From NCBI GenBank assembly GCA_964291495.2, contig OZ219871.1, forward strand, positions 896,001 to 960,000: a stretch of 64,000 nucleotides of DNA. Direction: 5' to 3'. The translations under genes were made by a program, and so were the position numbers. This DNA comes from Dehalococcoidia bacterium (GTDB lineage: Bacteria > Chloroflexota > Dehalococcoidia > UBA2979). Below the pieces are notes generated by a model. The model searched no databases, was not told the DNA's origin, and saw nothing but the letters and a program-made list of their open reading frames with translations. Below, piece after piece: positions 1-9,410 of this stretch (the first letter of the stretch is position 1; each line of letters starts with the position of its first letter).

Positions 1-5
1 CTGCC

Positions 6-554
6 GTGCGGCTGCTGCTGGGGATGATGATCGCCGTCGAGGTCCTGGGCATCTCGTTCGCAAGCATGCTGCCCGCCGTCGCCGAGCGCGTCCTCGAGGT
101 CGGCCCGGAGCGCCTCGGCGTGCTCACCGCCGGGGTGGCCGTGGGCGCGATGTTCGGCACCGCGCTGCTCGTGTTCACGGCCGACAGGCTGCCGCACGGG
201 CCGCTGCTGGTCGCCGTGTTCGTGACGTTCGGCCTGCTCGTGGTCGTGCTCGGCAACTCGACGGTCTTCTGGCTCTCGGTCGCGGCCACCGCCGGAATCG
301 GCGCCTCGGCGGCGATGGTCGACGCGCTGCAATGGATCATGCTGCAGCTCAACGTGCGCGCCGAGGAGCGCGGGCGCGCCCTCGGCGGCTGGAACTTCGC
401 GATCGGCTGGGGCTGGCTCGGTCCGCTCACGCTCGGCGCGGTGGCCGAGGCGAGGAGCGTGCCGCTGGCGCTGACGCTCAACGGGACGCTGCTCGTGGTC
501 GTCGCGGTTGCGGCGTTCGCCGCATCGGCGACGCTGCGGCAACGGCGGCGCTGA
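6..554 (+). CDS. MFS transporter, C-terminal part (probably truncated by window start)
   Basis: Several hydrophobic helices; MFS-type motif LQLNVRAEERGRALG. Confidence 0.8.
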   Translation: MRLLLGMMIAVEVLGISFASMLPAVAERVLEVGPERLGVLTAGVAVGAMFGTALLVFTADRLPHGPLLVAVFVTFGLLVVVLGNSTVFWLSVAATAGIGASAAMVDALQWIMLQLNVRAEERGRALGGWNFAIGWGWLGPLTLGAVAEARSVPLALTLNGTLLVVVAVAAFAASATLRQRRR

Positions 555-653
555 GGCCGAATGGCGGCGTCCGCCGGGGTGGCGCTACCCTCGCGGCAGC
601 CGATCGGCGCGGCCGGGGCCCTCCGGGCCGGGCGAGCAGAGGAGACGAGCCGC

Positions 654-944
654 ATGCCTCGATACGTCGTGCTCTACCGCTTCACCGACTCCGGGCGGAA
701 GCACCTGAAGGAGACGGTGCACCGCGCCAGCGAGATCCGCGAACTGAACGAGGCCGCGGGCTTCGACGTGCTCGCCCACTACTGGACGCAGGGCCACTAC
801 GACCTCGTAACGGTCGTAGACGCGCCGAGCGAGGAGGCGATGATGAACGGCCTGTTCAGCATCGCCGAGGCGGGCAACGTCTCCAGCGAGACGCTGCGCG
901 CCTTCACGGACGAGGAGATGCAGCGAATCATCGGCCCCGCCTAG
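654..944 (+). CDS. GYD domain protein
   Basis: MPRYVVLYRFT...YWTQGHYDLV...SETLRAF; GGAG RBS before ATG 654. Confidence 0.85.
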   Translation: MPRYVVLYRFTDSGRKHLKETVHRASEIRELNEAAGFDVLAHYWTQGHYDLVTVVDAPSEEAMMNGLFSIAEAGNVSSETLRAFTDEEMQRIIGPA

Positions 945-977
945 CACGCCCGCAGGCGGCGCAGGCGCTGGGGCTGC

Positions 978-1463
978 TCAGCCCGACGCCACCGCCGCGG
1001 CGTCATGAGGCTGAACGGCCGCCCTGTCCTCGACCACCAGTGAGCGACCGAGGCTCTCGAGGGCCTTCTCGACCGACGTGATGTGGGATCGGTGCCCGGG
1101 ATCGAGCAGCCGGCGTACGGCGTTCTCCTGCAAGCCGAGGCGGGCGGCGAGGGCGACGTTTGTCACGCCCTGCTCGCGCATGGCGGTATAGAGGGCCAAC
1201 TTCGCCGCGATGATCGGCGAGACGGAAACCAGCACCTGACCCTCGGCCAGCGCGCTGGGAGCCGGGATGTCCTCGCGGGCCTTCACGCACATGCCGAGGG
1301 CAACTTCGAGGCAGTCCCTGGCCAGTTCGATCGCTTCCGCCCGGGACCACCCGCCCGAGTTGGCTCCGTACACGTCGGGGAAGCTCACCGTGTAGGCTTC
1401 TCGCCCGGTCGCTCGCGCCTCCTTCTCATCGAGCAGGATGTTGCATGGATAGGCGTAGCGCAT
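978..1463 (-). CDS. hicB: HicB family antitoxin with C-terminal HTH
   Basis: YTVSFPD...EAIELARDCLE...IPAPS, then HTH LAARLGLQENAVRRLLD. Confidence 0.9.
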   Translation of the reverse strand: MRYAYPCNILLDEKEARATGREAYTVSFPDVYGANSGGWSRAEAIELARDCLEVALGMCVKAREDIPAPSALAEGQVLVSVSPIIAAKLALYTAMREQGVTNVALAARLGLQENAVRRLLDPGHRSHITSVEKALESLGRSLVVEDRAAVQPHDAAAVASG

Positions 1464-1466
1464 GAC

Positions 1467-1673
1467 CTACAGCTCCCCCCTGTCGATGTGCAGGTCCCGC
1501 AGCATCGACGCCAGCGTCCCCGCCGGAATCTCGCCGTGCGGGACAGTGGTCCTGTAAGGGCCCAGACGGACCTCCGAGTGGCTGCCCTTCCCACGGCTGG
1601 GGGAGTAGTCGAAGTCGAGCGCGTGCCTCCGGGCGTATCGACGGGCGCGCCTGACGAACTCCCTGCCGTTCAC
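1467..1673 (-). CDS. hicA: HicA family mRNA interferase toxin
   Basis: 68 aa; GKGSH motif, TTVP, EI..GTL.SMLRDL; directly upstream of hicB. Confidence 0.9.
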   Translation of the reverse strand: MNGREFVRRARRYARRHALDFDYSPSRGKGSHSEVRLGPYRTTVPHGEIPAGTLASMLRDLHIDRGEL

Positions 1674-1684
1674 TGCTCATTCCA

Positions 1685-1698
1685 GCACAAATTTGTGC
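1685..1698. promoter_or_regulatory. Perfect palindrome, candidate hicAB operator
   Basis: GCACAAATTTGTGC just upstream of the hicA start. Confidence 0.55.
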
Positions 1699-1739
1699 GA
1701 TCAGGCAAGCTGCGCTGCGGGCCCTCGAGCGGGCTGCGC

Positions 1740-2165
1740 TCAGCCGGACTGCGGCTCCGGGTCGTGGTTGAACTGCCAGTTGATGCCGAACTTGTCCGTG
1801 CAGGCCCCGAAGTAGGAGCCCCAGAACATCTCCTCAAGCGGCATCGTCACCACGCCGCCCTCGGAGACCCCTGCGAAGAGCTCGTCCGTCTCCTCCCGGG
1901 TGGCGGGCATGCAGGAGATCGAGAAGTTGTTGCCCGGCTGCGTCGGCTCCGGCGACCAGGACGGCGTGTCGCTGCCCATCAGCACGCTCGACCCGATCGG
2001 ATACGAGACGTGCATGACGAGGTCGCGCTCGCCCTCGGGAACCGGCATGTCGTCCGGCCCGTCGCCGAAGGTCATCATCTCGAACTCGCCGCCGAAGACG
2101 GAGCGGTAGAACTCGAAGGCCTCGCGGCATTCGCCGTTGAAGCGCAGGTAGGTGTAGAGCGTCAT
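1740..2165 (-). CDS. VOC/PhnB (glyoxalase-like) family protein
   Basis: YLRFNGECREAFEFYRSVFGG...MPLEEMFWGSYFGACTDKFGINW. Confidence 0.9.
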   Translation of the reverse strand: MTLYTYLRFNGECREAFEFYRSVFGGEFEMMTFGDGPDDMPVPEGERDLVMHVSYPIGSSVLMGSDTPSWSPEPTQPGNNFSISCMPATREETDELFAGVSEGGVVTMPLEEMFWGSYFGACTDKFGINWQFNHDPEPQSG

Positions 2166-2376
2166 GGGTGCTTCTCCGTTCGCCGATGTCCCGTTTTGAG
2201 CCGGATCCCGGCCCCTGGCACAGCGATGTTACTCCAACCGTCGCGGTAGCAACAGCAGCAAGCCCCACTGCCGGGCTGGTTGGCAGACGGTGCGGCCCCC
2301 GTATAATCCGGCCCACGAGGCGCCACAGCCGCGGCTCCGCCGGCCGGAGCGCATCGCAAGCCTCGAGGGGGCGTGG

Positions 2377-2952
2377 ATGAGCGAAGCACGAGACACGAGT
2401 TGCCGCGACGAGTGCGCACCGCACTTCGGCCAGCGAGGACCGTCCAAGTTCTCGCGGGCCGCGTTGAACGCGCCGATGATCTGGAACTTCGCCGAGTCCG
2501 TCCACGACGCCAACCCGGTCTACTGGGACGAGTCCTACGCGAAGCAGACGCGCTTCGGCCGCATCATCGCCCCGCCCCACTCGATCATGACCATGTCCGG
2601 CGGCCACTGGTGGGCGCCCGACTACATCCTCGAGCGCGAGGAGCAGGAGATCGAGGCCCAGGGCGAGGATCCGACCGAGACGATCCGCGAGATCGTCGCG
2701 AAGTACGGCTACGCAACGGCCACCAACGTCACCCGCGAGGACGAGTTCCTCCAGCCCTACGGCCCGGGCGACGGCCGCATCAAGCAGACCAGCTACGTTG
2801 ACGACGTCAGCGAGGAGAAGCAGACGGCCGTCGGCAAGGGCGTCTTCATCATCACCATCATCGAGTACCGGCGCGAGGTCGACGACGAGATGATCGCCCG
2901 CGCCCGCAACGTGCTGCTGATGTACGACTCGAGCCAGCCGCGGGAGAGCTAG
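2377..2952 (+). CDS. MaoC/FAS1-like hotdog dehydratase, N-terminal-type subunit
   Basis: FAESVHDANPVYWDESYAKQTRFGRIIAPP. Confidence 0.8.
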   Translation: MSEARDTSCRDECAPHFGQRGPSKFSRAALNAPMIWNFAESVHDANPVYWDESYAKQTRFGRIIAPPHSIMTMSGGHWWAPDYILEREEQEIEAQGEDPTETIREIVAKYGYATATNVTREDEFLQPYGPGDGRIKQTSYVDDVSEEKQTAVGKGVFIITIIEYRREVDDEMIARARNVLLMYDSSQPRES

Positions 2953-2978
2953 CCCGCTAGCACCAAAGGAGCGAAACC

Positions 2979-3410
2979 ATGGCCTTCTTCGAGGACCGCG
3001 ATTGGGACACCGTGTCCGAGGGCTCCAGCCTGCAGCCGCTGGAGTTCGGCCCGATCACCATGACCACCCAGGTCATGGACGCCTCGGGCACGCGCGACCT
3101 CTACCCGATCCACCACGACCGGGAGTTCGCGAAGGCGAACGGCGCGCGCGACATCTTCCTCAACACGATGTGGTACCAGGGCCTGCTCGGCCGCTTCGTC
3201 AACGAGTGGGGCGGGCCGGAGTCCTTCATCCGCAAGCTCAGCTTCGACATGCGCGCGACGAACTGCCCGGGCGACCTGCTGACCGTGCGCGGCACGGTCA
3301 CGAAGAAGTACGAGCAGGAGGGCCAGAAGCTGGTCGACCTGGACGTGCGAATCGACAACCAGATCCAGCCCGACACCGTGACCGCGCGGATCACGCTTGA
3401 GCTCGTCTAG
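2979..3410 (+). CDS. MaoC-like (R)-hydratase subunit
   Basis: DLYPIHHDREFA hydratase motif; AAGGAG RBS. Confidence 0.85.
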   Translation: MAFFEDRDWDTVSEGSSLQPLEFGPITMTTQVMDASGTRDLYPIHHDREFAKANGARDIFLNTMWYQGLLGRFVNEWGGPESFIRKLSFDMRATNCPGDLLTVRGTVTKKYEQEGQKLVDLDVRIDNQIQPDTVTARITLELV

Positions 3411-3466
3411 CCTCGCGGGCCCTGCGCCAACGACGCGCCCCCGGGCCTGAGCCGGGAGGAATCACC

Positions 3467-5842
3467 GTGAGCATCCTCGCAGGCGTGCGTGTCGTCGCGA
3501 TCCCCGGCTCGATGGGCGCCGCCGCCTGGACGGCGAAGCACCTCGCCGACTGGGGCGCGGACGTCACGCTGCTCGAGCCCCCCGAGGGCGCGGCCTTGCG
3601 CGAGGCGCCGCCCTGGTACGAGGTAGACGGCGAGCGGCGCAGCGCGACCTGGACCTGGGTCTCGCGCGGGGCCACCTCCGTGCGCGTCGGCGATGGCCTG
3701 GCCACCACCCCGGCCGACGCCCGCACCGCCTGCGAGCAGGCCGACATCGCGGTGGTCGACGCCGATATGGCGGAGCGCATGCTGGGACTCGCACCCACCG
3801 AGCTGCGCGGCGCCCTCGAGGGCCGGACGACTGCGCTGCTGATCACGCCGTTCGCCACGGACGGGCCGTACGCGGACTACCGCGCGTCCGACCTGGGGGT
3901 GAACTCGCTCGGCGGCTGGACCGGGATGCTCGGCGAGCCGGACCGGGAACCGCTGCGGCCGGGCGGGGACATGAACGCGCGCGTGACCGGGGTCTACGGC
4001 TTCGACTCGTTGCTGATCGCGCTGCACCACCAGGCGCGCGGCGCGGCGCCTGCATTCATCGAGCTCTCGCAGCAGGCGGTCGCCGCCGCGAGCCTGACCG
4101 CGCCGTGGATGGTCTACAGCATGACCGCCGGCGCGGGGGCGATGCAGCGGCGCCCGTCGCAGTGGCCGCACAGCGTGCTGCCCTGCAAGGACGGCTGGGC
4201 GGCGATCTCGCCCCTCACCTTCCAGCACTGGGAGCTGCTCTGCCAGCTGCTCGGCATCGACGACATCCTCGAGGAGCCGTGGGGGCGCGACCCGGCGTGG
4301 CGACAGGAGCACGGCAACGAGCTGCTGCCGCGCGTGGAACCGTGGTTCGCGGCGCGCACGCGCGAGGAGATCTACACCGAGTCGCAGGCGTGGCGGCTGC
4401 CGGCCGGGCCTGTCGACACCGTCGCACAGCGCGAGGACTGCCCCCAGCTCAACGCGCGCGGCTTCTTCATCGACCAGGAGATCGAGGGCGCGACGGTGAA
4501 GGCGCCGCGCGTCCCCTACCTGCTCAGCGCGGGCGACCCGATCGAGCGCGGTGACCTGGTCGAGGCGGAGCGGCCCGCCCTCGCCGGAGGTGAGACTCCG
4601 CCCGGTGGTGGGGGACCCTCGCGGCCGTTCGAGGGCGTGCGCGTGGTCGACCTGACGTGGTTCTGGTCGGGGCCGCACTGCACGATGACGATGGGCGCGC
4701 TCGGCGCCGACGTGATCAAGGTGGAGTCGATCCAGCGGCCGGACTCCTACCGCTACACCGCCGTCGACGCATCGGCGGAGCGCTGGTACGAGCGCGGCGC
4801 GCTCTGGAACGACACGAACCCGAACAAGCGCAGCGTCACGCTGAACCTGGAGAGCGAGACGGGGATGGCGTTCCTCGTACAGCTGCTCCAGCAGGCGGAC
4901 GTGGTGGTCAGCAACTTCTCGAACCGCGTGCTGCCGAACCTCGGGCTTACGGTCGAGCGCTTCCACGAGATCAATCCGCGCCTGGTCGTCGCGCTGCTGC
5001 CCGGCTACGGACCGGACGGGCCGTGGGGCCACTTCGTTGGCTACGGCGTGAGCTTCGAGCAGGCCGTGGTCGCGCAGCTGACCGGCTATCCGGACGACCG
5101 ACCGCTGATCAACGGCGGCTTCTCCGACACGCTCGTCGGCATGCACGCGCTCGCGGCGATCACGCTCTCGCTGCGCGCGCGGGAGCACACAGGCAAGGGC
5201 AGCTACGCCGAGGTGCCGCAGTGCGAGGTCCTCGACAGCCTGCTTGGGCCCGAGCACATCGCCGTCGGCCACGGCGAGCCCTCGCGGATGCGGATGGCGA
5301 ACCGCCACGAGTCGATGGCGCCGCACAACGTCTACCCCGTCGCCGGCCAGGACGAGTGGATCAGCATCGCAGTGGCCGGCGACGAGGAGTTCGCCGCCCT
5401 CGCGACGGCGATCGACGCGCCGCACCTCGCGGAGGACGAGCGCTTCGCGACGGCGGAGGGCCGCAAGGCGCACGAGGACGACCTCGACGCGGGGATCGCG
5501 GCGGCCGTCCGCGATCGCGACCTGGTGAAGCTGGAGCGCACGCTGCAGGCGGCGGGCGTGATGGGCTGCCGCGTCTCCAAGCCCTACCTGCTCACCGAGG
5601 ACGAGAACCTGGTGCACCTCGACTTCTTCCAGAGGCTGGACCGCGAGCTGACGGGCACGCACCCGTTCAAGACCTTCCCCTTCCGCTTCAGCACCTTCGA
5701 CCTGCGGCACCGCATGCCGCCGCCGCTGCTCGGCCAGCACAACCACGAGGTGCTGACGGAACTCGGCGTGGACGACGACGCGATTCGCGCGCTCGAGGAG
5801 CAGCAGGAGATCGGCATCGAGCCGCTCGGCTTCAACGCCTGA
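3467..5842 (+). CDS. Family III CoA-transferase (CaiB/BaiF), fused tandem domains
   Basis: Two CaiB-like halves (LADWGADV; GVRVVDLTWFWSGP...LGADVIKVE...NKRSVTLNL...PPPLLGQHN). Confidence 0.9.
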   Translation: MSILAGVRVVAIPGSMGAAAWTAKHLADWGADVTLLEPPEGAALREAPPWYEVDGERRSATWTWVSRGATSVRVGDGLATTPADARTACEQADIAVVDADMAERMLGLAPTELRGALEGRTTALLITPFATDGPYADYRASDLGVNSLGGWTGMLGEPDREPLRPGGDMNARVTGVYGFDSLLIALHHQARGAAPAFIELSQQAVAAASLTAPWMVYSMTAGAGAMQRRPSQWPHSVLPCKDGWAAISPLTFQHWELLCQLLGIDDILEEPWGRDPAWRQEHGNELLPRVEPWFAARTREEIYTESQAWRLPAGPVDTVAQREDCPQLNARGFFIDQEIEGATVKAPRVPYLLSAGDPIERGDLVEAERPALAGGETPPGGGGPSRPFEGVRVVDLTWFWSGPHCTMTMGALGADVIKVESIQRPDSYRYTAVDASAERWYERGALWNDTNPNKRSVTLNLESETGMAFLVQLLQQADVVVSNFSNRVLPNLGLTVERFHEINPRLVVALLPGYGPDGPWGHFVGYGVSFEQAVVAQLTGYPDDRPLINGGFSDTLVGMHALAAITLSLRAREHTGKGSYAEVPQCEVLDSLLGPEHIAVGHGEPSRMRMANRHESMAPHNVYPVAGQDEWISIAVAGDEEFAALATAIDAPHLAEDERFATAEGRKAHEDDLDAGIAAAVRDRDLVKLERTLQAAGVMGCRVSKPYLLTEDENLVHLDFFQRLDRELTGTHPFKTFPFRFSTFDLRHRMPPPLLGQHNHEVLTELGVDDDAIRALEEQQEIGIEPLGFNA

Positions 5843-5861
5843 GCCGCCGGAGGGCCAGCCA

Positions 5862-6305
5862 GTGGTCATCGACGAGTCCGGACCGATGCGTCCGCTGCCC
5901 CTCCCGACGGATGACTCCGCCCCCTACTGGGAGGCGATGAACCGCCACGAGCTGCTGCTGCAGCGCTGCCTCGACTGCGACCGCGTGGTCTACCTGCCCG
6001 CCCCGATGTGCGACGAGTGCCAGTCCTTCAACCTCGAGCACTTCGTCTCCAGCGGGCGCGGGCACGTCTACAGCTGGACGGTGGTGCACAACATGGGGCA
6101 CCCCGCCTTCGTGCCGCCCTACGCCGTGCTGCTCGTCGAGGTCGAGGAGGGCCCGCGCATCCTCGCCCAGTTGCACGCACCCGAGGGCAACGAGTGGGAG
6201 CGGCTGGAGGTCGGCATGCCGGTGCGTGTCGCCTGGGACGAGAGCGAGCCGGAGCAGACCTTCGCGATCTTCGAGATCGACACCGAGGCGATCGAGGCGG
6301 CCTGA
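5862..6305 (+). CDS. DUF35 Zn-ribbon/OB-fold protein
   Basis: PYWE...LLLQRCLDC...CDEC...SGRGHVYSWTVV...GMPV. Confidence 0.9.
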   Translation: MVIDESGPMRPLPLPTDDSAPYWEAMNRHELLLQRCLDCDRVVYLPAPMCDECQSFNLEHFVSSGRGHVYSWTVVHNMGHPAFVPPYAVLLVEVEEGPRILAQLHAPEGNEWERLEVGMPVRVAWDESEPEQTFAIFEIDTEAIEAA

Positions 6306-6347
6306 TCGCCGCGCCGAGGAGCCCGCCGTAGCGACGGGGGAGCATCG

Positions 6348-7313
6348 ATGCACGTCCTGATCATCGGCGGCACGCGCTTCGTCGGACGGCACATCGGCGA
6401 GGAGCTGTTGGAGCAGGGGCACACGATCACGCTGCTCAACCGCGGCGTGACGCCGGACACGTTCCCGGCCGGGGTGGAGCGGCTGCGCGCGGACCGCAAC
6501 GAGCCGGAGCAGGTGCGAGCCGCCCTCGAGGGCCGCGACTTCGACGCGATCGTGGACTGCATCGCCTACCAGGCGGCGGAGGTCGCGCTGGTGATCGAGT
6601 TGTTCGCCGGCCGGATCGGGCGCTACGTCTACATCAGCAGCAGCTCGGTCTACCGGCCGAGCGATCTGCTGCCGATCGAGGAGACGCACCCGCTCAACGA
6701 CGGCACGGGCTGGGACTACGCGCGTGGCAAGATCGAGGTCGAGCGGCTGCTCGAACGGACGGCGACGGAGGCCTTCCCCTGGGTGAGCCTGCGGCCTGCC
6801 TACATCTTCGGCCCCTACAACAGCGCGGCGAACGCGGAGTTCTCGCTCTTCCAGCGGATCGAGCAGGGACGGCCCGTGCTGGTGCCGGGCGACGGCTACT
6901 TCTTCTTCCACCAGAGCCACGGCCGCGACCTGGCGCGCGCGACGATCGCGGCAATCGAACGCGACGAGGCCGTCGGCCACGCCTACAACATCAACGGGCG
7001 TTACGCGCAGTCCGGCAACGAGCTGGTGCAGGCGGCCGCGGCTGCGGTGGGCCGGGAGACGGAGATCGTCTACCTGCCCGACGCTACCCGGCGCAGCGAG
7101 GTGGGGCGCTACTTCTACTGGCAGACGCGCCCGGCGCAGGTCTACTCGACGGAGGCGGCGCGGCGCGACCTCGCCTGGGAGCCGCGCTTCGACATCCACG
7201 AGGGCATGCGCGACGCCTACCGCTGGTACCTCGAAAGCAACTACGCCGAGGCGCACCCGTACGACTTCAGCGCCCACGACGAGCTGCTGGAGCGCATGGC
7301 CGCGGAGGGGTAG
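6348..7313 (+). CDS. NAD-dependent epimerase/dehydratase (extended SDR)
   Basis: VLIIGGTRFVG, YISSSSVY, YARGK. Confidence 0.9.
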   Translation: MHVLIIGGTRFVGRHIGEELLEQGHTITLLNRGVTPDTFPAGVERLRADRNEPEQVRAALEGRDFDAIVDCIAYQAAEVALVIELFAGRIGRYVYISSSSVYRPSDLLPIEETHPLNDGTGWDYARGKIEVERLLERTATEAFPWVSLRPAYIFGPYNSAANAEFSLFQRIEQGRPVLVPGDGYFFFHQSHGRDLARATIAAIERDEAVGHAYNINGRYAQSGNELVQAAAAAVGRETEIVYLPDATRRSEVGRYFYWQTRPAQVYSTEAARRDLAWEPRFDIHEGMRDAYRWYLESNYAEAHPYDFSAHDELLERMAAEG

Positions 7314-7365
7314 GCGGGGCGGCTCAGGCGCTGCTCGGCGCTCGGCGCCCAGTCATGCTCCGTGG

Positions 7366-8295
7366 CTAATCGGTGCCTCGCAGGCGCGGGTCGAGCACGT
7401 CGCGGAGGGCGTCGCCGAACATGTTGAGGGCGTAGACGGAGATCGAGATCGCGAGGCCGGGGAAGAGCGCCAGGTAGGGGTGCAGCAGCATGTCCAGCTG
7501 CGCCTCGTTCAGCATCCGCCCCCACGACGGGTACGGGGGCTGCACCCCGAAGCCGAGGAACGAGAGCGCCGACTCGATCAGGATCACGGCGCCGAGCTGC
7601 ACCGAGATGTTGATGATGATCACGGTGAACACGTTGGGGAAGACGTGGCGGACCATGATCCGCCTGTTCGTCGCACCGACCACGCGAGCCGCCTCGACGT
7701 AGGTATTCTGCACCGTCGAGATCGTCTGGCTGCGCACCACGCGCGAGGAGCCGGCGCTAAACAGGAAGCCGAGGGTGAGCGCGAGCACCACCTGGCTGGC
7801 GAAGGAACCGCGCGCCACCGCCGTGAAGACCGAGAACAGGAAGATGATGAAGATCAGGCCGGGGAAAGCCTGCACGATATCGACGAAGCGCTGGAAGGTG
7901 AGGTCTACCTTCCCGCCGTAGTACCCGGACGAGATACCGACGAGACTGGAGAGGACCGCGGCGATGCCGACCGCGGCGAAGCCGATCAAGACCGAAGTGC
8001 GTGCGCCGAACAGCACGCGGCTGAACACGTCGCGCCCCTGCTTGTCGCTGCCGAAGAAGTGTTCCTGCGACGGTCCCTGGAGCCGGTTCAGCAGATCGAT
8101 TTCGTCGTACGCGGCCGTCGCGAAGGTACTGGGTGTGAGTGCGATGACGAACAGCGCGATCAGGACCAGCGCCGCGAACGTGCCGAGCGGCTTGCGGCGA
8201 ATGAAGGAGGACAGGGCGCGCCGGATGCGGGTGAATATGCCCTCGGTGGGACGGGCGAGGCCGATCGACCCGTTTGCGGTTTCGCCGGCAGCCAT
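7366..8295 (-). CDS. Peptide/nickel ABC permease (DppC/OppC-like)
   Basis: FGSDKQGRDVFSRV, YVEAARVVGA, ESALSFLGFG. Confidence 0.92.
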   Translation of the reverse strand: MAAGETANGSIGLARPTEGIFTRIRRALSSFIRRKPLGTFAALVLIALFVIALTPSTFATAAYDEIDLLNRLQGPSQEHFFGSDKQGRDVFSRVLFGARTSVLIGFAAVGIAAVLSSLVGISSGYYGGKVDLTFQRFVDIVQAFPGLIFIIFLFSVFTAVARGSFASQVVLALTLGFLFSAGSSRVVRSQTISTVQNTYVEAARVVGATNRRIMVRHVFPNVFTVIIINISVQLGAVILIESALSFLGFGVQPPYPSWGRMLNEAQLDMLLHPYLALFPGLAISISVYALNMFGDALRDVLDPRLRGTD

Positions 8296-9245
8296 TAGCT
8301 GTACCGGATCCGCGGGTCGATGAAGGCGTAGGAGAGGTCGACGATGAGGTTCGTGACCAGCACGAGCAGGGCGGCCAGCAGCACGATCGCCTGCACGGTC
8401 GGGTAGTCGCGTAGCCCGAGGGCTCCGATCAGGTAACGGCCCATTCCCGGCAGCGAGAAGATCGTTTCGAGCACGACGGTGCCACTGATCAGCACGCTGA
8501 CCTGCAGACCGATCACCGTGATCACGGGCAGCATGGCGTTGCGCATCGCGTGCCGCGCGATGACGATGCGTTCCGTGAGCCCCTTCGCCCGTGCCGTGCG
8601 GACGTAGTCCTGGCGCATTTCCTCCAGCATCGTCGAACGGGTAAGACGCATCACGGAGCCGGAGAGGAACGAGCCGAGGATGATGGCGGGCACCACCATG
8701 ATCTTGAAGTTCTCCAGCGGGTCATCCCAGGGGGTCTCATAACGCAGGGGCGAGGTCCAGTTGAACCACTCGAAGCCGTAGACGATCACCATCTGCCCGG
8801 CCCAGAAGCTGGGAATGGACAGCGCGAGGATCGCGAAGCTGCGCGTGATGTAGTCGATCGGCGTGTCCTGTTTGACGGCGGAGAGCACGCCGATCGGGAT
8901 CGCGATCGTGATCGAGTAGATCATCGCCATGATCCCAAGCTCGAAGGTGACGGGGATGCGATCCGTGAGCTGCTCCGTGACCGGCCGCCCGCTGGAGAAG
9001 GATGTGCCGAAGTCGAACCGGACCAAGCCGAACAGCCACTCCGCATAGGCCTGCGGGACACCCTGGTTGAGTTTCAGTCGTTCCTCCACGGAGGCGCGGA
9101 ACTCGGGCGAGGGATCGGCCTGATCCGAGATGATCTGATCGATGATGTCGCCCGGCAGCAGGCGCACGACGATGAAGACCGCGAGGGTGACCCCGAGGAA
9201 CGTGGGAATCAGCAGCAGGATGCGGCGCAGGATGTAGACGTGGAT
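8295..9245 (-). CDS. Peptide/nickel ABC permease (DppB/OppB-like); probable ATC start
   Basis: DYVRTARAKGL, ETIFSLPGMG, DPRIRY; frame extends 26 codons past the ORF-track start to xHVYILRRILLLIPT. Confidence 0.88.
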   Translation of the reverse strand: MHVYILRRILLLIPTFLGVTLAVFIVVRLLPGDIIDQIISDQADPSPEFRASVEERLKLNQGVPQAYAEWLFGLVRFDFGTSFSSGRPVTEQLTDRIPVTFELGIMAMIYSITIAIPIGVLSAVKQDTPIDYITRSFAILALSIPSFWAGQMVIVYGFEWFNWTSPLRYETPWDDPLENFKIMVVPAIILGSFLSGSVMRLTRSTMLEEMRQDYVRTARAKGLTERIVIARHAMRNAMLPVITVIGLQVSVLISGTVVLETIFSLPGMGRYLIGALGLRDYPTVQAIVLLAALLVLVTNLIVDLSYAFIDPRIRYS

Positions 9246-9410
9246 AGCGCGTCCCCTGTCTTGCCGGCGGCAGGCCGGCGCATTCTACCGGATCGCGGCG
9301 CTACCGACGCGCGAAGGCGCACTCGCAGTGCGCCGGAGCGCGCGGACGAGGAGCGACCCCCGTGAGTGGGGGCCGCTCCGCCATCGCCTCAGTCGGGTCG
9401 CGTCCGCGTC

